Shown: piece after piece, positions 1-9,519 of the stretch
Layout of the letters: every line of letters starts with the position of its first letter
How positions within the stretch are numbered: the first letter of the stretch is position 1
Source: Deferribacterales bacterium
Lineage (GTDB): Bacteria > Chrysiogenota > Deferribacteres > Deferribacterales > Geovibrionaceae
DNA: 64,000 nt
Assembly: GCA_050251945.1 (NCBI GenBank)
Contig: JBFWLW010000001.1
Location: 224,001-288,000, forward strand
Direction: 5' to 3'
Notes under the pieces: generated by a model
Seen by the model: only the letters and a program-made list of their open reading frames with translations
The model's database searches: none
What the model was told of the DNA's origin: nothing
Translations under genes and position numbers: made by a program

Positions 1-528
1 TCACTGAATCTCGCTCCCACTTCAAGCACCACGGCGGCGCTTGCCGTTGGCGATGCTCTCAGTGTTGCGCTCCTGGAAAAGCGCGGGTTCAGTGCGGACG
101 ATTTTGCGCTTTATCACCCGTCAGGTTCACTTGGCAAAAGACTGCTCACCCGTGTGAATGACCTTTGCCATACAGGCGACAGTGTGCCCGTAATTGAGAA
201 CACTAAGAAAGTTTCCGACGCTGTATTTGTAATGAGTGCAAAAGGCTTCGGGTGCACGGCGGTAACGGATGCCGACGGAAAGCTGACAGGCATTATAACC
301 GATGGCGATCTTAGACGCGGACTTGAAAAATATAAAGATATTTTTTCTATGAATATAAAAGATTTACCGTTGAAATACCCCAGAACGGTTGAAAGGAAGG
401 CGCTGGCTGCCAAGGCTTTGCAGATAATGGAAGAATTCTCCATAACGTCCCTTTTTTCCGTTGATGAGAACGGCAGACCGGACGGTCTGATACATCTCCA
501 TGACCTGCTCAGGGAGGGTATCGTATGA
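1..528 (+). CDS. kdsD: KdsD/GutQ arabinose-5-phosphate isomerase, 5'-truncated by the window edge
   Basis: Frame is open from base 1: LNLAPTSSTTAALAVGDAL...HPSGSLGKRL, then a CBS pair (GIITDGDLRR, IHLHDLL). Lies directly upstream of kdsC. Confidence 0.92.
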   Translation, partial: SLNLAPTSSTTAALAVGDALSVALLEKRGFSADDFALYHPSGSLGKRLLTRVNDLCHTGDSVPVIENTKKVSDAVFVMSAKGFGCTAVTDADGKLTGIITDGDLRRGLEKYKDIFSMNIKDLPLKYPRTVERKALAAKALQIMEEFSITSLFSVDENGRPDGLIHLHDLLREGIV

Positions 529-1019
529 TAAAGCTCCTCGTGCTTGACGTTGACGGGGTTCTCACAGACGGCGGCATAATTTACGATGAGAACGGTGTTG
601 AGACAAAGCGTTTCGACGTTAAGGACGGGCTTGGCATTAAGCTGGCTCAGAACTCCGGCGTTGAAGTGGCGGTCATATCCGGCAGAAAATCGAAAGTTAC
701 GGAGATAAGATGCCGCGAACTCGGGATAAGGCGCTGTTTCACAGGTGTTAAGAATAAATCCGAGTGTTTTGATGCACTTGGAAAAGAGATGGATATAACT
801 GCTGATGAAACGGCTTTCATCGGTGATGATGTTAACGATCTGGCTCTTTTGAAAAAAGCAGGATTTTCTGCAACAACTTCCGACTCTTTTGACTATATTA
901 AGTCACAGGTGCATTATGTCACCCTCAGAACAGGCGGGCACGGAGCCGTGCGGGAATTCATCGAAAAGATTCTGGAAAAGAACGGCGTATGGGAAAATAC
1001 ACTAAACTCATTCTTGTAG
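525..1019 (+). CDS. kdsC: KDO-8-phosphate phosphatase (HAD family)
   Basis: LDVDGVLTDG, DVKDG, IGDDVND and GGHGAVRE motifs; kdsD-kdsC-lpt synteny. Confidence 0.93.
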   Translation: MIKLLVLDVDGVLTDGGIIYDENGVETKRFDVKDGLGIKLAQNSGVEVAVISGRKSKVTEIRCRELGIRRCFTGVKNKSECFDALGKEMDITADETAFIGDDVNDLALLKKAGFSATTSDSFDYIKSQVHYVTLRTGGHGAVREFIEKILEKNGVWENTLNSFL

Positions 1020-1525
1020 TATCGGTTTTGGTGCTTGCCCTTGGTTCGCTGACACTGTTTAAAAGCGACAAGAACAAGATCAAATTCGATCTGAAAGAGA
1101 ATGAAGTTGTAATAGACGATTTTGAGATGGGCAAGGTTCTGGACGAGCAGAACAACTTTTACAAGGTGACCGCCAGACAGGCGAGGATAAACCGCGAAAA
1201 GGAAACTGCTAAACTTACGGACTTTGGCGCTGTCTATAAAAAAGGTAAGACCGACGTTGAGCTTTACGCTCCGGTCGGTTATATGGAAAAGGAATACATG
1301 GTTAGCGTAAACGGCACCATAAAAGGTCGTTTCAACGAACTCGATTTTTCATCGGGAAAGGACGGACGCTTTCACTATGATTTCCTGACAGGCGTTGGCA
1401 CTATGCTCGGAAGGTTTGAAATAAGCCATAACGATGGCGCCATTTCCGCCGATAAGATGCTGATATTCTCGAAAAATAATTATGCGGAGTTCATTGGTCA
1501 TGTTCAGGTCACTTATAACAAATAG
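989..1525 (+). CDS. lptC: LPS export protein LptC-like
   Basis: N-terminal TM anchor and beta-rich periplasmic part; position between kdsC and lptA. Confidence 0.7.
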   Translation: MGKYTKLILVVSVLVLALGSLTLFKSDKNKIKFDLKENEVVIDDFEMGKVLDEQNNFYKVTARQARINREKETAKLTDFGAVYKKGKTDVELYAPVGYMEKEYMVSVNGTIKGRFNELDFSSGKDGRFHYDFLTGVGTMLGRFEISHNDGAISADKMLIFSKNNYAEFIGHVQVTYNK

Positions 1526-1994
1526 TTTCGCTGCTCTGCTTTTGGTTTTCGCACTCACTGCACATTCTGCGGAGGGTGTTGTTAAACCTGCAGGCAAAAA
1601 ACCTGTAAAGATACTTTCCGATTACATGAAATACACAGGCGACGACAACGTATCCAGATTTTCAGGAAACGTTATTGTTACCGACGGCGATATGCGCGTT
1701 ACATCAGACTATATGGACGTATCGTTCGATAAACAGAACAACGTTAAGGAGATATATGCACAGGGAAATGTAAAGATTGAGAAAGAGGGTCTTTTAGCGC
1801 TTTCGGATAAGGCAAGACTCTATGCCGCAGAAGAAAAAGTAGTTCTTTTTAACAACGTCAGGGTTTGGCAGGGCGATAATTACCTTGAGGGTGAGAAAGT
1901 TACCCTTTATAATCAGAATAACAAGATATTTGTCGACCGCGGTTCAAACAAAAGGGTCAAGATCATCATAGCACCGAAAGAGGCGAAAAAGTAA
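1500..1994 (+). CDS. lptA: LPS transport periplasmic protein LptA
   Basis: Signal peptide and OstA-like motifs ([23 protein letters not shown]). Start taken at the second Met, uncertain. Confidence 0.85.
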   Translation: MFRSLITNSFAALLLVFALTAHSAEGVVKPAGKKPVKILSDYMKYTGDDNVSRFSGNVIVTDGDMRVTSDYMDVSFDKQNNVKEIYAQGNVKIEKEGLLALSDKARLYAAEEKVVLFNNVRVWQGDNYLEGEKVTLYNQNNKIFVDRGSNKRVKIIIAPKEAKK

Positions 1995-1995
1995 A

Positions 1996-2715
1996 TTGGG
2001 ACTTAAAGCAGAACACTTAAAGAAAGTATATAAAAAACGTGCCGTTGTTAACGGCGTCAGTATCTCTGTCAGCAAAGGCGAGATAGTGGGGCTGTTGGGA
2101 CCGAACGGTGCCGGCAAAACTACCACGTTCTATATGATCGTCGGGTTGGTCAGACCGGATGCCGGTTCCGTGTTCCTTCACGACGAGGACATAACGAAAA
2201 GTTCTATGCACAAACGCAGCCGCAGCGGTATAGCGTACCTTCCGCAGGAAGCGTCCATATTCCGCAAAATGTCTGTTTATGACAATATTTATGCTGCGCT
2301 GGAACTTAAATATGACGATAAGAAGTTTATGCAGGAGCGCACCGAGCTTCTCATTTCAGAATTCGGTCTGGAAAAGGTCTGGAAATCACAGGGATACGCC
2401 CTGTCCGGCGGTGAGAGAAGGCGTGTGGAAATTGCCAGATGCATGGCAGGCGAACCTGACATAATACTTCTTGATGAACCGTTTTCCGGTATAGACCCTA
2501 TATCTGTCAGTGACATACAGAAGATGATATTCGACCTCAAAAAAAGAGGTATAGGCGTTCTCATCACCGACCACAACGTTCGTGAAACACTTAAAATAAC
2601 TGACAGAGCGTATATTATAGCCGACGGCAGCGTGTTGACCCACGGAAAACCGCAGGATATAGTACAGGATCCGCAGGTCATAGACAGGTACCTTGGCAAG
2701 GACTTCTCATTGTGA
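1996..2715 (+). CDS. lptB: LPS export ABC transporter ATPase
   Basis: [50 protein letters not shown] start. Confidence 0.96.
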   Translation: MGLKAEHLKKVYKKRAVVNGVSISVSKGEIVGLLGPNGAGKTTTFYMIVGLVRPDAGSVFLHDEDITKSSMHKRSRSGIAYLPQEASIFRKMSVYDNIYAALELKYDDKKFMQERTELLISEFGLEKVWKSQGYALSGGERRRVEIARCMAGEPDIILLDEPFSGIDPISVSDIQKMIFDLKKRGIGVLITDHNVRETLKITDRAYIIADGSVLTHGKPQDIVQDPQVIDRYLGKDFSL

Positions 2716-4145
2716 AAGGCGGCAAGCTTAACCTTGAAATAAGCGGTAAACTATCACAAAAACTTCACATCACGCCTCAGATGAAGCAGTCCCTTTCTAT
2801 TCTCCAGATGCCCATTACGGAGCTTCTGCAGGAACTGAACAGCTATCTTGAGGATAACCCGGTTCTTGAAGAATCCGAAAATAAAGAAACCGAAGAATCC
2901 GCCCAGTCAACGGAAGAGAAAAAAGAGGAAGAGCCGCTTCGCGAAGATACGGACGGAGACGATCTTGATAAGATAGATTGGGAAGAATTCTACCGTGACA
3001 ATAACGATATAACTTTTACTCCATCCGACGAGGAGGGATACGACCTTGAAAAATTCGTTTCAGGTGACAAGACCCTTTACGAACATCTCATAGAACAGCT
3101 TAAAATGTCGGGATGCCGCAGAGAAGTCGCTTTGGCGGCTGAAAACATCATCGGCAACCTTTCCGGCGAAGGATATTTTCTGGACGAGTTCTTTGAGGTT
3201 GCCCGGGACGTTGACGTTGAAGAATCCGATGTGGAAGAGGCATTGGAACTTGTTCAGACGTTCGATCCGGCAGGTATCGCAGCCAGAAGCCTGAAAGAAT
3301 GTATACATATACAGCTTTCTCAGTTTGACGTTGAACAGGTTTATGTGGAATTCATAGCAGAGATGCTTGAAAAACATGAAAAAGATCTGATAGCTTATAA
3401 ATATGACGAAATAAGAGCGTCCCTCTGTATCGAGGACGATACTTTTGAATATATGATGTTCCTTATGCGTAAAACCGATCCGAAACCGGGACTTAATTTC
3501 GGCGGCAGAGGAAATCAGGCGATAAAACCTGATGTTTATATTGTAAAAAAAGATGATGAGTACGATATTGTACTTAATGAAGAGGGAATTCCCTCGCTCC
3601 GGATGAATACCTATTACCTGAGCCTTCTTAAAAACAAAGCTCTGGACGGCGACACAAAGGAGTATATCGAAGAAAAAGTTAAAAACGCTCTCTGGCTCAT
3701 CAAAAGTTTAAATAAGCGTCAGAAAGCGATATATCGTGTCGTTAAAGTTCTGACCGAAGTCCAGACAGACTTCCTCGAAAAGGGCATAAACTACCTGAAA
3801 CCCCTTAAACTTAAAGATGTTGCCGATGAGACAGGATTGCACGAATCCACAGTCAGCCGTGTTACATCCGGTAAATATGCCATGACTGCGCAGGGACTTA
3901 TAGAACTTAAATCATTCTTTGTCAAAGGGTTGGACACCGATACCGGTGATATGTCCACCCAGAAGGTTAAGAATATGATAAAGGATATCGTTGACAGCGA
4001 GAATCCTGATAAACCTTTCAGCGATCAGAAGATAGTCGAGTTATTGAATGGTCAGGGCATCAACATTGCCCGTAGAACCGTGGCTAAATACAGAGATGAA
4101 CTCAGCATACCGACAAAATCACAACGTAAACGTATCAGGAGGTAA
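2712..4145 (+). CDS. rpoN: RNA polymerase sigma-54 factor
   Basis: Q/L-rich region I, HESTVSR helix-turn-helix, RpoN box ARRTVAKYR. Confidence 0.97.
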   Translation: MKGGKLNLEISGKLSQKLHITPQMKQSLSILQMPITELLQELNSYLEDNPVLEESENKETEESAQSTEEKKEEEPLREDTDGDDLDKIDWEEFYRDNNDITFTPSDEEGYDLEKFVSGDKTLYEHLIEQLKMSGCRREVALAAENIIGNLSGEGYFLDEFFEVARDVDVEESDVEEALELVQTFDPAGIAARSLKECIHIQLSQFDVEQVYVEFIAEMLEKHEKDLIAYKYDEIRASLCIEDDTFEYMMFLMRKTDPKPGLNFGGRGNQAIKPDVYIVKKDDEYDIVLNEEGIPSLRMNTYYLSLLKNKALDGDTKEYIEEKVKNALWLIKSLNKRQKAIYRVVKVLTEVQTDFLEKGINYLKPLKLKDVADETGLHESTVSRVTSGKYAMTAQGLIELKSFFVKGLDTDTGDMSTQKVKNMIKDIVDSENPDKPFSDQKIVELLNGQGINIARRTVAKYRDELSIPTKSQRKRIRR

Positions 4146-4147
4146 GT

Positions 4148-4687
4148 ATGCAAATTCTAATCAACTCAAAAAACATCGCCGTCACCGATGCGATCAGGAG
4201 CTATGCAGAGAAAAAGGTGGGCAAACTCGAAAAATATTTTGACGGCTCAACAGAAGCTACAGTGCTTCTTGATGTTCACAAGAACCTGCATACCGTTGAA
4301 GTGTTGATCTCAACAAAAGGCGTTTTCATGAAAGGTCTGGAAAAATCTGAAGACCTGTATGCTTCGATTGACCTAGCAACTGATAAGATTGAAAAACAGC
4401 TTGTCAAATATAAAGAAAAGCTGAAATCCAAAAAACTTCAGGATAAAGAGTTTGAAGCGCCCCTTAGACTGAACGTATTTGACACAGCCAGTATTGAAAG
4501 CATGGACGAGGACAACAGGATCGTCATTACAAAAGATATCCCTGTTAAACCTATGGATATGGAAGAAGCTGTCATGCAGATGGATCTTCTTAACAAGCAG
4601 TTCTTCGTATTCAGAAATTCCGAAGACGGTCAGATTGCTGTTGTTTACCAGCGCGACGATGGCAACATCGGTCTGATAGAGGCATAA
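4148..4687 (+). CDS. hpf: Long-form ribosome hibernation promoting factor
   Basis: DLYASID and the C-terminal KPMDMEEAVMQM...VVYQRDDG domain; follows rpoN. Confidence 0.93.
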   Translation: MQILINSKNIAVTDAIRSYAEKKVGKLEKYFDGSTEATVLLDVHKNLHTVEVLISTKGVFMKGLEKSEDLYASIDLATDKIEKQLVKYKEKLKSKKLQDKEFEAPLRLNVFDTASIESMDEDNRIVITKDIPVKPMDMEEAVMQMDLLNKQFFVFRNSEDGQIAVVYQRDDGNIGLIEA

Positions 4688-4695
4688 CGGAAATA

Positions 4696-5163
4696 ATGGA
4701 ACTTACTGAACTTGTCTGCGAAGAATGTATTGTCCCGGAACTGAAGGGCGATTCCAAGTCCGACGTTCTCAGGGAGATGATGAACACGCTGGCAAAAACA
4801 GAAAACAAAATAGATGCCGAAGCCGCCCTCTCTGCCATTATGGAGAGGGAGGCGCTCGGCAGCACCGGCGTTGGGGAGCAGGTGGCGATACCCCACGCCA
4901 AAATAGCCGATATTGAAGAAGTCGCCATTGTGATAGGCGTTAAACGCTCAGGCATTGAGTTTGATTCTGCGGACGGGAAACCTGTCCGGCTGTTCTTTAT
5001 GCTGATATCCCCTGCTAAGCAAATGAACATACACCTGAAAACTCTTGCCAAAATAAGCAAACTTGTCAAAATGACGGATTTTAAAGAACGAACGATGGCA
5101 GAAAAAATAACCGCTGAAAAGATATATGCTATACTTAGAGAGGAGGAGTCGCGACTGGGATGA
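4696..5163 (+). CDS. ptsN: PTS IIA (Ntr/Fru type)
   Basis: EREALGSTGVG..VAIPHAK with the phospho-His; FDSADGKPV. Confidence 0.9.
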   Translation: MELTELVCEECIVPELKGDSKSDVLREMMNTLAKTENKIDAEAALSAIMEREALGSTGVGEQVAIPHAKIADIEEVAIVIGVKRSGIEFDSADGKPVRLFFMLISPAKQMNIHLKTLAKISKLVKMTDFKERTMAEKITAEKIYAILREEESRLG

Positions 5164-6152
5164 AAAGTGTACCTGTTGCCGAACTTGTCTCGCCTGATGC
5201 CGATCATCTGGGATTTAAGGTTTTATTCGGCGAAAACATACTTAATGAGAAACAGATAACGCATTTTCGCATCCAGAAGCCGGGTCTTGCCCTTGCAGGG
5301 TATTGCGACCATATACATAGCGGACGCGTTCAGATACTCGGAAATACCGAGGTCTCTTATCTCTGGACGCTCGATCCTGAACTCAGAAGACACGCAATGG
5401 CGGGCATCTGCAAGAAAGATGTCTGCTGCTTCATTGTTACGAAAGACCTGAAACTGCCCGACGAAGTCACAGAGACTGTCATGGCTTTTTCAATACCGCT
5501 TTTCAAAACCGACAGAGTAAGTTCGGAGACAATAATCGACCTTTCAGTGTTTCTTGAGGACAGGCTGGCACCCGATACTGTTTGCCACGGCGTGTTCCTT
5601 GATGTTTTCGGTATCGGAACGCTGATTACAGGCAGAAGCGGGATAGGAAAAAGCGAATGTGCCGTTGAACTTATCAAGCGCGGTCACAGGCTTGTTGCGG
5701 ACGATGCCGTTCGTGTTAAGCGTATACAGGACTATCTGGAAGGCTCAAGCTCCGACATGCTCCGTTATCACATGGAGGTCAGGGGGCTTGGCATCATAAA
5801 CATAAAGGACATGTTCGGCGTTGCCGCTATCAGACTGCGGAAAAAACTGGAACTTGTCATCGAGTTCACTGACTGGAACCCAAACGTTTCATACGACAGG
5901 CTGGGGCTTGATAACGTATACGAAGAGATACTCAGACAGAAGGTGCCGAAAATAATCCTGCCCATCAGCGCGGGACGCAATATGGCTGTTATCGTTGAGA
6001 TAGCCGCCAGAAATCACCTGCTTAAGATAATGGGTTATAACTCCGCGCAGGAATTTTCCGAAAGATTGATGCATACTATAAACGAAGGGGAATCCCAGAC
6101 GATAATTTCCGATGAACTGGAAAAACGTATGGGAAGAAGAGGGGTTGAATAA
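5160..6152 (+). CDS. hprK: HPr kinase/phosphorylase
   Basis: GRSGIGKSECA Walker A, HRLVADD, MEVRGLGII. Confidence 0.96.
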   Translation: MKSVPVAELVSPDADHLGFKVLFGENILNEKQITHFRIQKPGLALAGYCDHIHSGRVQILGNTEVSYLWTLDPELRRHAMAGICKKDVCCFIVTKDLKLPDEVTETVMAFSIPLFKTDRVSSETIIDLSVFLEDRLAPDTVCHGVFLDVFGIGTLITGRSGIGKSECAVELIKRGHRLVADDAVRVKRIQDYLEGSSSDMLRYHMEVRGLGIINIKDMFGVAAIRLRKKLELVIEFTDWNPNVSYDRLGLDNVYEEILRQKVPKIILPISAGRNMAVIVEIAARNHLLKIMGYNSAQEFSERLMHTINEGESQTIISDELEKRMGRRGVE

Positions 6153-7006
6153 TGGAGAGTGACAAATCCCTTGTGGTTCTCACAGGATTGTCAGGCGGCG
6201 GGAAATCCGTTGCGGCGGCAACACTGGAAGATCTGGGATTTTATACTATTGATAACCTGCCGCTCAGGCTGCTGGACAAATTTGTTGAGCTTATGCTTAT
6301 GTATGATAATGAGCTGAATAAAGTTGCCCTCGTCATTGACAGCAGAAGCAAGGACATCTCCGCCGCAGTGGAGAAGATAAAGATTTTGCAGGAGAAGTAT
6401 GCCGCAAAGGTCGTTTATCTCCATGCGTCCGATGATGTTCTCATAAGACGTTTCAAAGAGACCAGAAGGAAACACCCCATGGGTGACAACCTCACCGAGG
6501 CTATTGCCTCAGAAAAGGAAAAACTTACGCCCATAAGAGATTATGCAGACCTTGTGATAGATACGTCGACGCTGAACGTGCATGAGTTTAAAAGACGGGT
6601 CGAGGACTTCTTCTCAACAGAGATGCAGTCCGGACTTATAATAACTGTTCAGTCGTTCGGATTCAAATACGGTCTGCCGCAGGATTCCGACCTTGTTTTC
6701 GACGTGCGCTTTATGAAGAACCCGTACTTTGTCGATGAACTGCGTGAAAAAACCGGACTTGAACAGACGGTTAGCGATTATGTGTTGTCAGACCACAATG
6801 CAAAACAGTTTCTGTTCAAACTGAAGGGGCTTTTGGGATTCCTTATCCCAAACTACATACGGGAAGGGAAAAAATTTCTCACCGTGTCCATAGGCTGCAC
6901 CGGCGGACGGCACAGATCTGTCGCCATTGCGGAATTTGTTGCCAAATACCTTGATCAGAAAGCAAAGATCAAGGTAAATATCAGACATAGGGATGTTAAC
7001 AGGTGA
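6152..7006 (+). CDS. rapZ: RNase adapter RapZ / P-loop YvcJ family
   Basis: TGLSGGGKS, DNLP, SFGFKYG, FDVRF, IGCTGGRHRSV. Confidence 0.95.
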   Translation: MESDKSLVVLTGLSGGGKSVAAATLEDLGFYTIDNLPLRLLDKFVELMLMYDNELNKVALVIDSRSKDISAAVEKIKILQEKYAAKVVYLHASDDVLIRRFKETRRKHPMGDNLTEAIASEKEKLTPIRDYADLVIDTSTLNVHEFKRRVEDFFSTEMQSGLIITVQSFGFKYGLPQDSDLVFDVRFMKNPYFVDELREKTGLEQTVSDYVLSDHNAKQFLFKLKGLLGFLIPNYIREGKKFLTVSIGCTGGRHRSVAIAEFVAKYLDQKAKIKVNIRHRDVNR

Positions 7007-7010
7007 TCAG

Positions 7011-7415
7011 ATGATCGGAATAATCTTGGTTACTCACGGACTTTTTTGCGAGGAACTTATCAAAACGGCGGAGATGATAGTCGGACATCAGGACTGTATA
7101 GAGACTATCTCAATGCTGGACGGTTCGTCCCTTGCAGGTGTTGCTGATGAAATTGAAAAAGCTATAGAGAAATACGATTCAACCGGAGCCATCGTGTTTA
7201 CAGATATGTTCGGGGGCAGTCCTTCAAATATATCAATGGCATATCTCGGCACTAAAAATGTTGAGGTTGTTTCCGGAGTGAATCTGCCTATGCTCATCAA
7301 AGCGCTGAGCGCCAGAAAGGAGAACAAATCGCTCACAGCCATTTGTGAGGACTGTGCGGAATCCGGCAGGAACAGCATAATCGTTGCCGGACAGCTTCTG
7401 AAAGGGAAGGCATGA
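7011..7415 (+). CDS. PTS mannose/fructose-family EIIA
   Basis: IILVTHG, DMFGGSPSN, GVNLPML; start moved to the second Met. Confidence 0.9.
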   Translation: MIGIILVTHGLFCEELIKTAEMIVGHQDCIETISMLDGSSLAGVADEIEKAIEKYDSTGAIVFTDMFGGSPSNISMAYLGTKNVEVVSGVNLPMLIKALSARKENKSLTAICEDCAESGRNSIIVAGQLLKGKA

Positions 7416-7903
7416 AAAAAATAATTTTCCGGGTGGACGACAGACTGATACACGGACAGGTGATCGAAGGCTGGCTTAAACACTTCAAGATCAACCATGT
7501 CATTATCGCCAATGATAAAGTTGCCCAGAATCCTCTGCAAAAAATGATATATGCCAGCACTCTGCCGCCGGGTACGGAGATATCTATTTTGACAATTGCC
7601 GAGTTCATCAGTTCATTTCGTTCCGACCGGTATAAAAAGGACTACGTTCTTGTCCTTTTGGAGAGTGTTGACGATCTTTACGCCATCAAAACAATGATAA
7701 GTGACGATATTTATGTGAATATCGGCTGCGTCGCCTGCCGGGAACATAAGATAGAGGTCTCAAACACAGTGTTCCTCAATCCGGACGAGATAAAGAAAAT
7801 ATGCGAAATCAGACAGAGCCATGAGGTGTTTATACACAAAGTTGCATGGGAACCCAGTGTGGAGATCAGAAATTTTAACAACATACTGGAGGGCAATCTG
7901 TGA
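7412..7903 (+). CDS. PTS mannose/sorbose-family EIIB
   Basis: RVDDRLIHGQV signature. Confidence 0.9.
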   Translation: MKKIIFRVDDRLIHGQVIEGWLKHFKINHVIIANDKVAQNPLQKMIYASTLPPGTEISILTIAEFISSFRSDRYKKDYVLVLLESVDDLYAIKTMISDDIYVNIGCVACREHKIEVSNTVFLNPDEIKKICEIRQSHEVFIHKVAWEPSVEIRNFNNILEGNL

Positions 7904-8550
7904 ACATAGCCTTTGCCGTTCTTTATGCAGGGGTCATCTCGGTGGACAGGTTCGCCGCGTTCAACGTGATGCTTTCGCGCCCCATCGTAATTTCGATGAT
8001 AATGGGGCTTCTGCTGGGGAACAGCATGGAGTGTTTCTATGTGGGTATAATTTTTGAGGCAATCGGTCTTGTTGATGTTCCGTTCGGAACCCGTGTTCCG
8101 AAAGAGGACAGTTTCGGAGCTTTTGCCGGCTGTGCGCTTCTGTCACTTATGCCTCAGGCGCATGAACCCAACTACGTTCTTTTGTTTCTGCTTATTCTGC
8201 TTATGATGTATCCGGTGACACTTTCACTTTATATCACCAGAGCTTTTAACAAAACACTTTACACGCGTCAGCAGAAGGCGGGGCGTATATACCCTCTGCG
8301 TCTGCTTGTGTCTGGCTTTTGCTTTTCATATATGCGCGGGGTGATATTTTATACGCTGGGTACCTTCATTATTTATCATATATACATGTTTCTGCACGGC
8401 AGCAAGAATACGGAGATGAATTTTTATATCTACGCGCTGATGCTGTTTGCGTTTCTGTCCGGCTATGTTCTGCGTTTTCTCTCCGCGAAGACGTATCTTA
8501 AGTATGCGTTCTTTATGCTGGGACTTTTCATAGGCTGGGTGATCTTATGA
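7900..8550 (+). CDS. PTS mannose-family EIIC, divergent and short
   Basis: Hydrophobic protein with MLSRPIV and FGTRVP motifs; lies between EIIB and EIID. Confidence 0.75.
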   Translation: MNIAFAVLYAGVISVDRFAAFNVMLSRPIVISMIMGLLLGNSMECFYVGIIFEAIGLVDVPFGTRVPKEDSFGAFAGCALLSLMPQAHEPNYVLLFLLILLMMYPVTLSLYITRAFNKTLYTRQQKAGRIYPLRLLVSGFCFSYMRGVIFYTLGTFIIYHIYMFLHGSKNTEMNFYIYALMLFAFLSGYVLRFLSAKTYLKYAFFMLGLFIGWVIL

Positions 8551-9245
8551 AAAGCCTGATAGTAGGATTTTTCAGCTTTTTTTATCAGGCGAATCTGAAC
8601 CATGAGAACATGCAGGGAACCGGCTTTGCCTATCTTATACGAAAAGCGGCACGGCTCAAGGGAATGGAGCTTGAGGTCGGAAAGGTGTATGAGCAGACTT
8701 CGTACTTCCATACCCACCCGTATCTGGTGAATTTCATCGTGGGTATGTGGGTACGCGAGTTTGAGCTGAACGGTGAAGAGGATTTTCATAAAAAGATATA
8801 TTCCTCTGCATTCGGGGCGCTTGGCGACAGTTTTTTCTGGCACTCGCTTCGTCCGCTCTGTTTCGCTACTGCGGCAATTGCAGGACTTTATAACCCGTTC
8901 GCGGGCATACTTTCATATCTGGTGCTGTATAACCTGTTTCATCTTTCCTTCCGTTTCACCGGATTCAGGATAGGCTACAGCCTCGGAAGAGACGTTATAA
9001 CGTTCTTTAACAGGATACGTTTTAATAAATGGGCTACGTATTTTGATCTGGGTTCTTCGCTCATGCTGGGTATCCTTCTGTCATATATGGCAAAGACCAG
9101 TGCGGATTTCAACTCTGTACTGCTTGGCACCCTCACGGTTTACATCATGCTGGGCATGGCGTTGGCAAAGAAGCTGGATATTGTTCTCGGACTTGTTCTT
9201 ATAATTATTACTACAGGATTTTTTCTTTTTATAACAGGAGTATAG
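8547..9245 (+). CDS. PTS mannose-family EIID
   Basis: NHENMQGTGF, YFHTHPY, GALGDSFFW..LRP motifs. Confidence 0.85.
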   Translation: MKSLIVGFFSFFYQANLNHENMQGTGFAYLIRKAARLKGMELEVGKVYEQTSYFHTHPYLVNFIVGMWVREFELNGEEDFHKKIYSSAFGALGDSFFWHSLRPLCFATAAIAGLYNPFAGILSYLVLYNLFHLSFRFTGFRIGYSLGRDVITFFNRIRFNKWATYFDLGSSLMLGILLSYMAKTSADFNSVLLGTLTVYIMLGMALAKKLDIVLGLVLIIITTGFFLFITGV

Positions 9246-9246
9246 G

Positions 9247-9519
9247 GTGAGTATTAAAAAGGAATTGGAGATCGTTAACGAACTCGGAATGCACGCAAGG
9301 GCTGCCGGTGCATTCGTAAAAACCGCCGAAAAGTTCTCTTCTGAGATAAAGGTGGAGAGGGACGGAATGGAGGTCAACGGCAAAAGCATTATGGGACTGA
9401 TGATGCTTGCGGCGTTCAAAGGCTCCTGTATAACCGTCTGCTGCACCGGAAACGACGAAGAGGATGCTTTTACGGCACTTGAGGAGCTTATCTGTAATAA
9501 GTTCGGAGAGGAACGTTGA
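9247..9519 (+). CDS. ptsH: Phosphocarrier HPr
   Basis: GMHARAA (His15 equivalent) and NGKSIMGLM (Ser46 equivalent); GTG start. Confidence 0.95.
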   Translation: MSIKKELEIVNELGMHARAAGAFVKTAEKFSSEIKVERDGMEVNGKSIMGLMMLAAFKGSCITVCCTGNDEEDAFTALEELICNKFGEER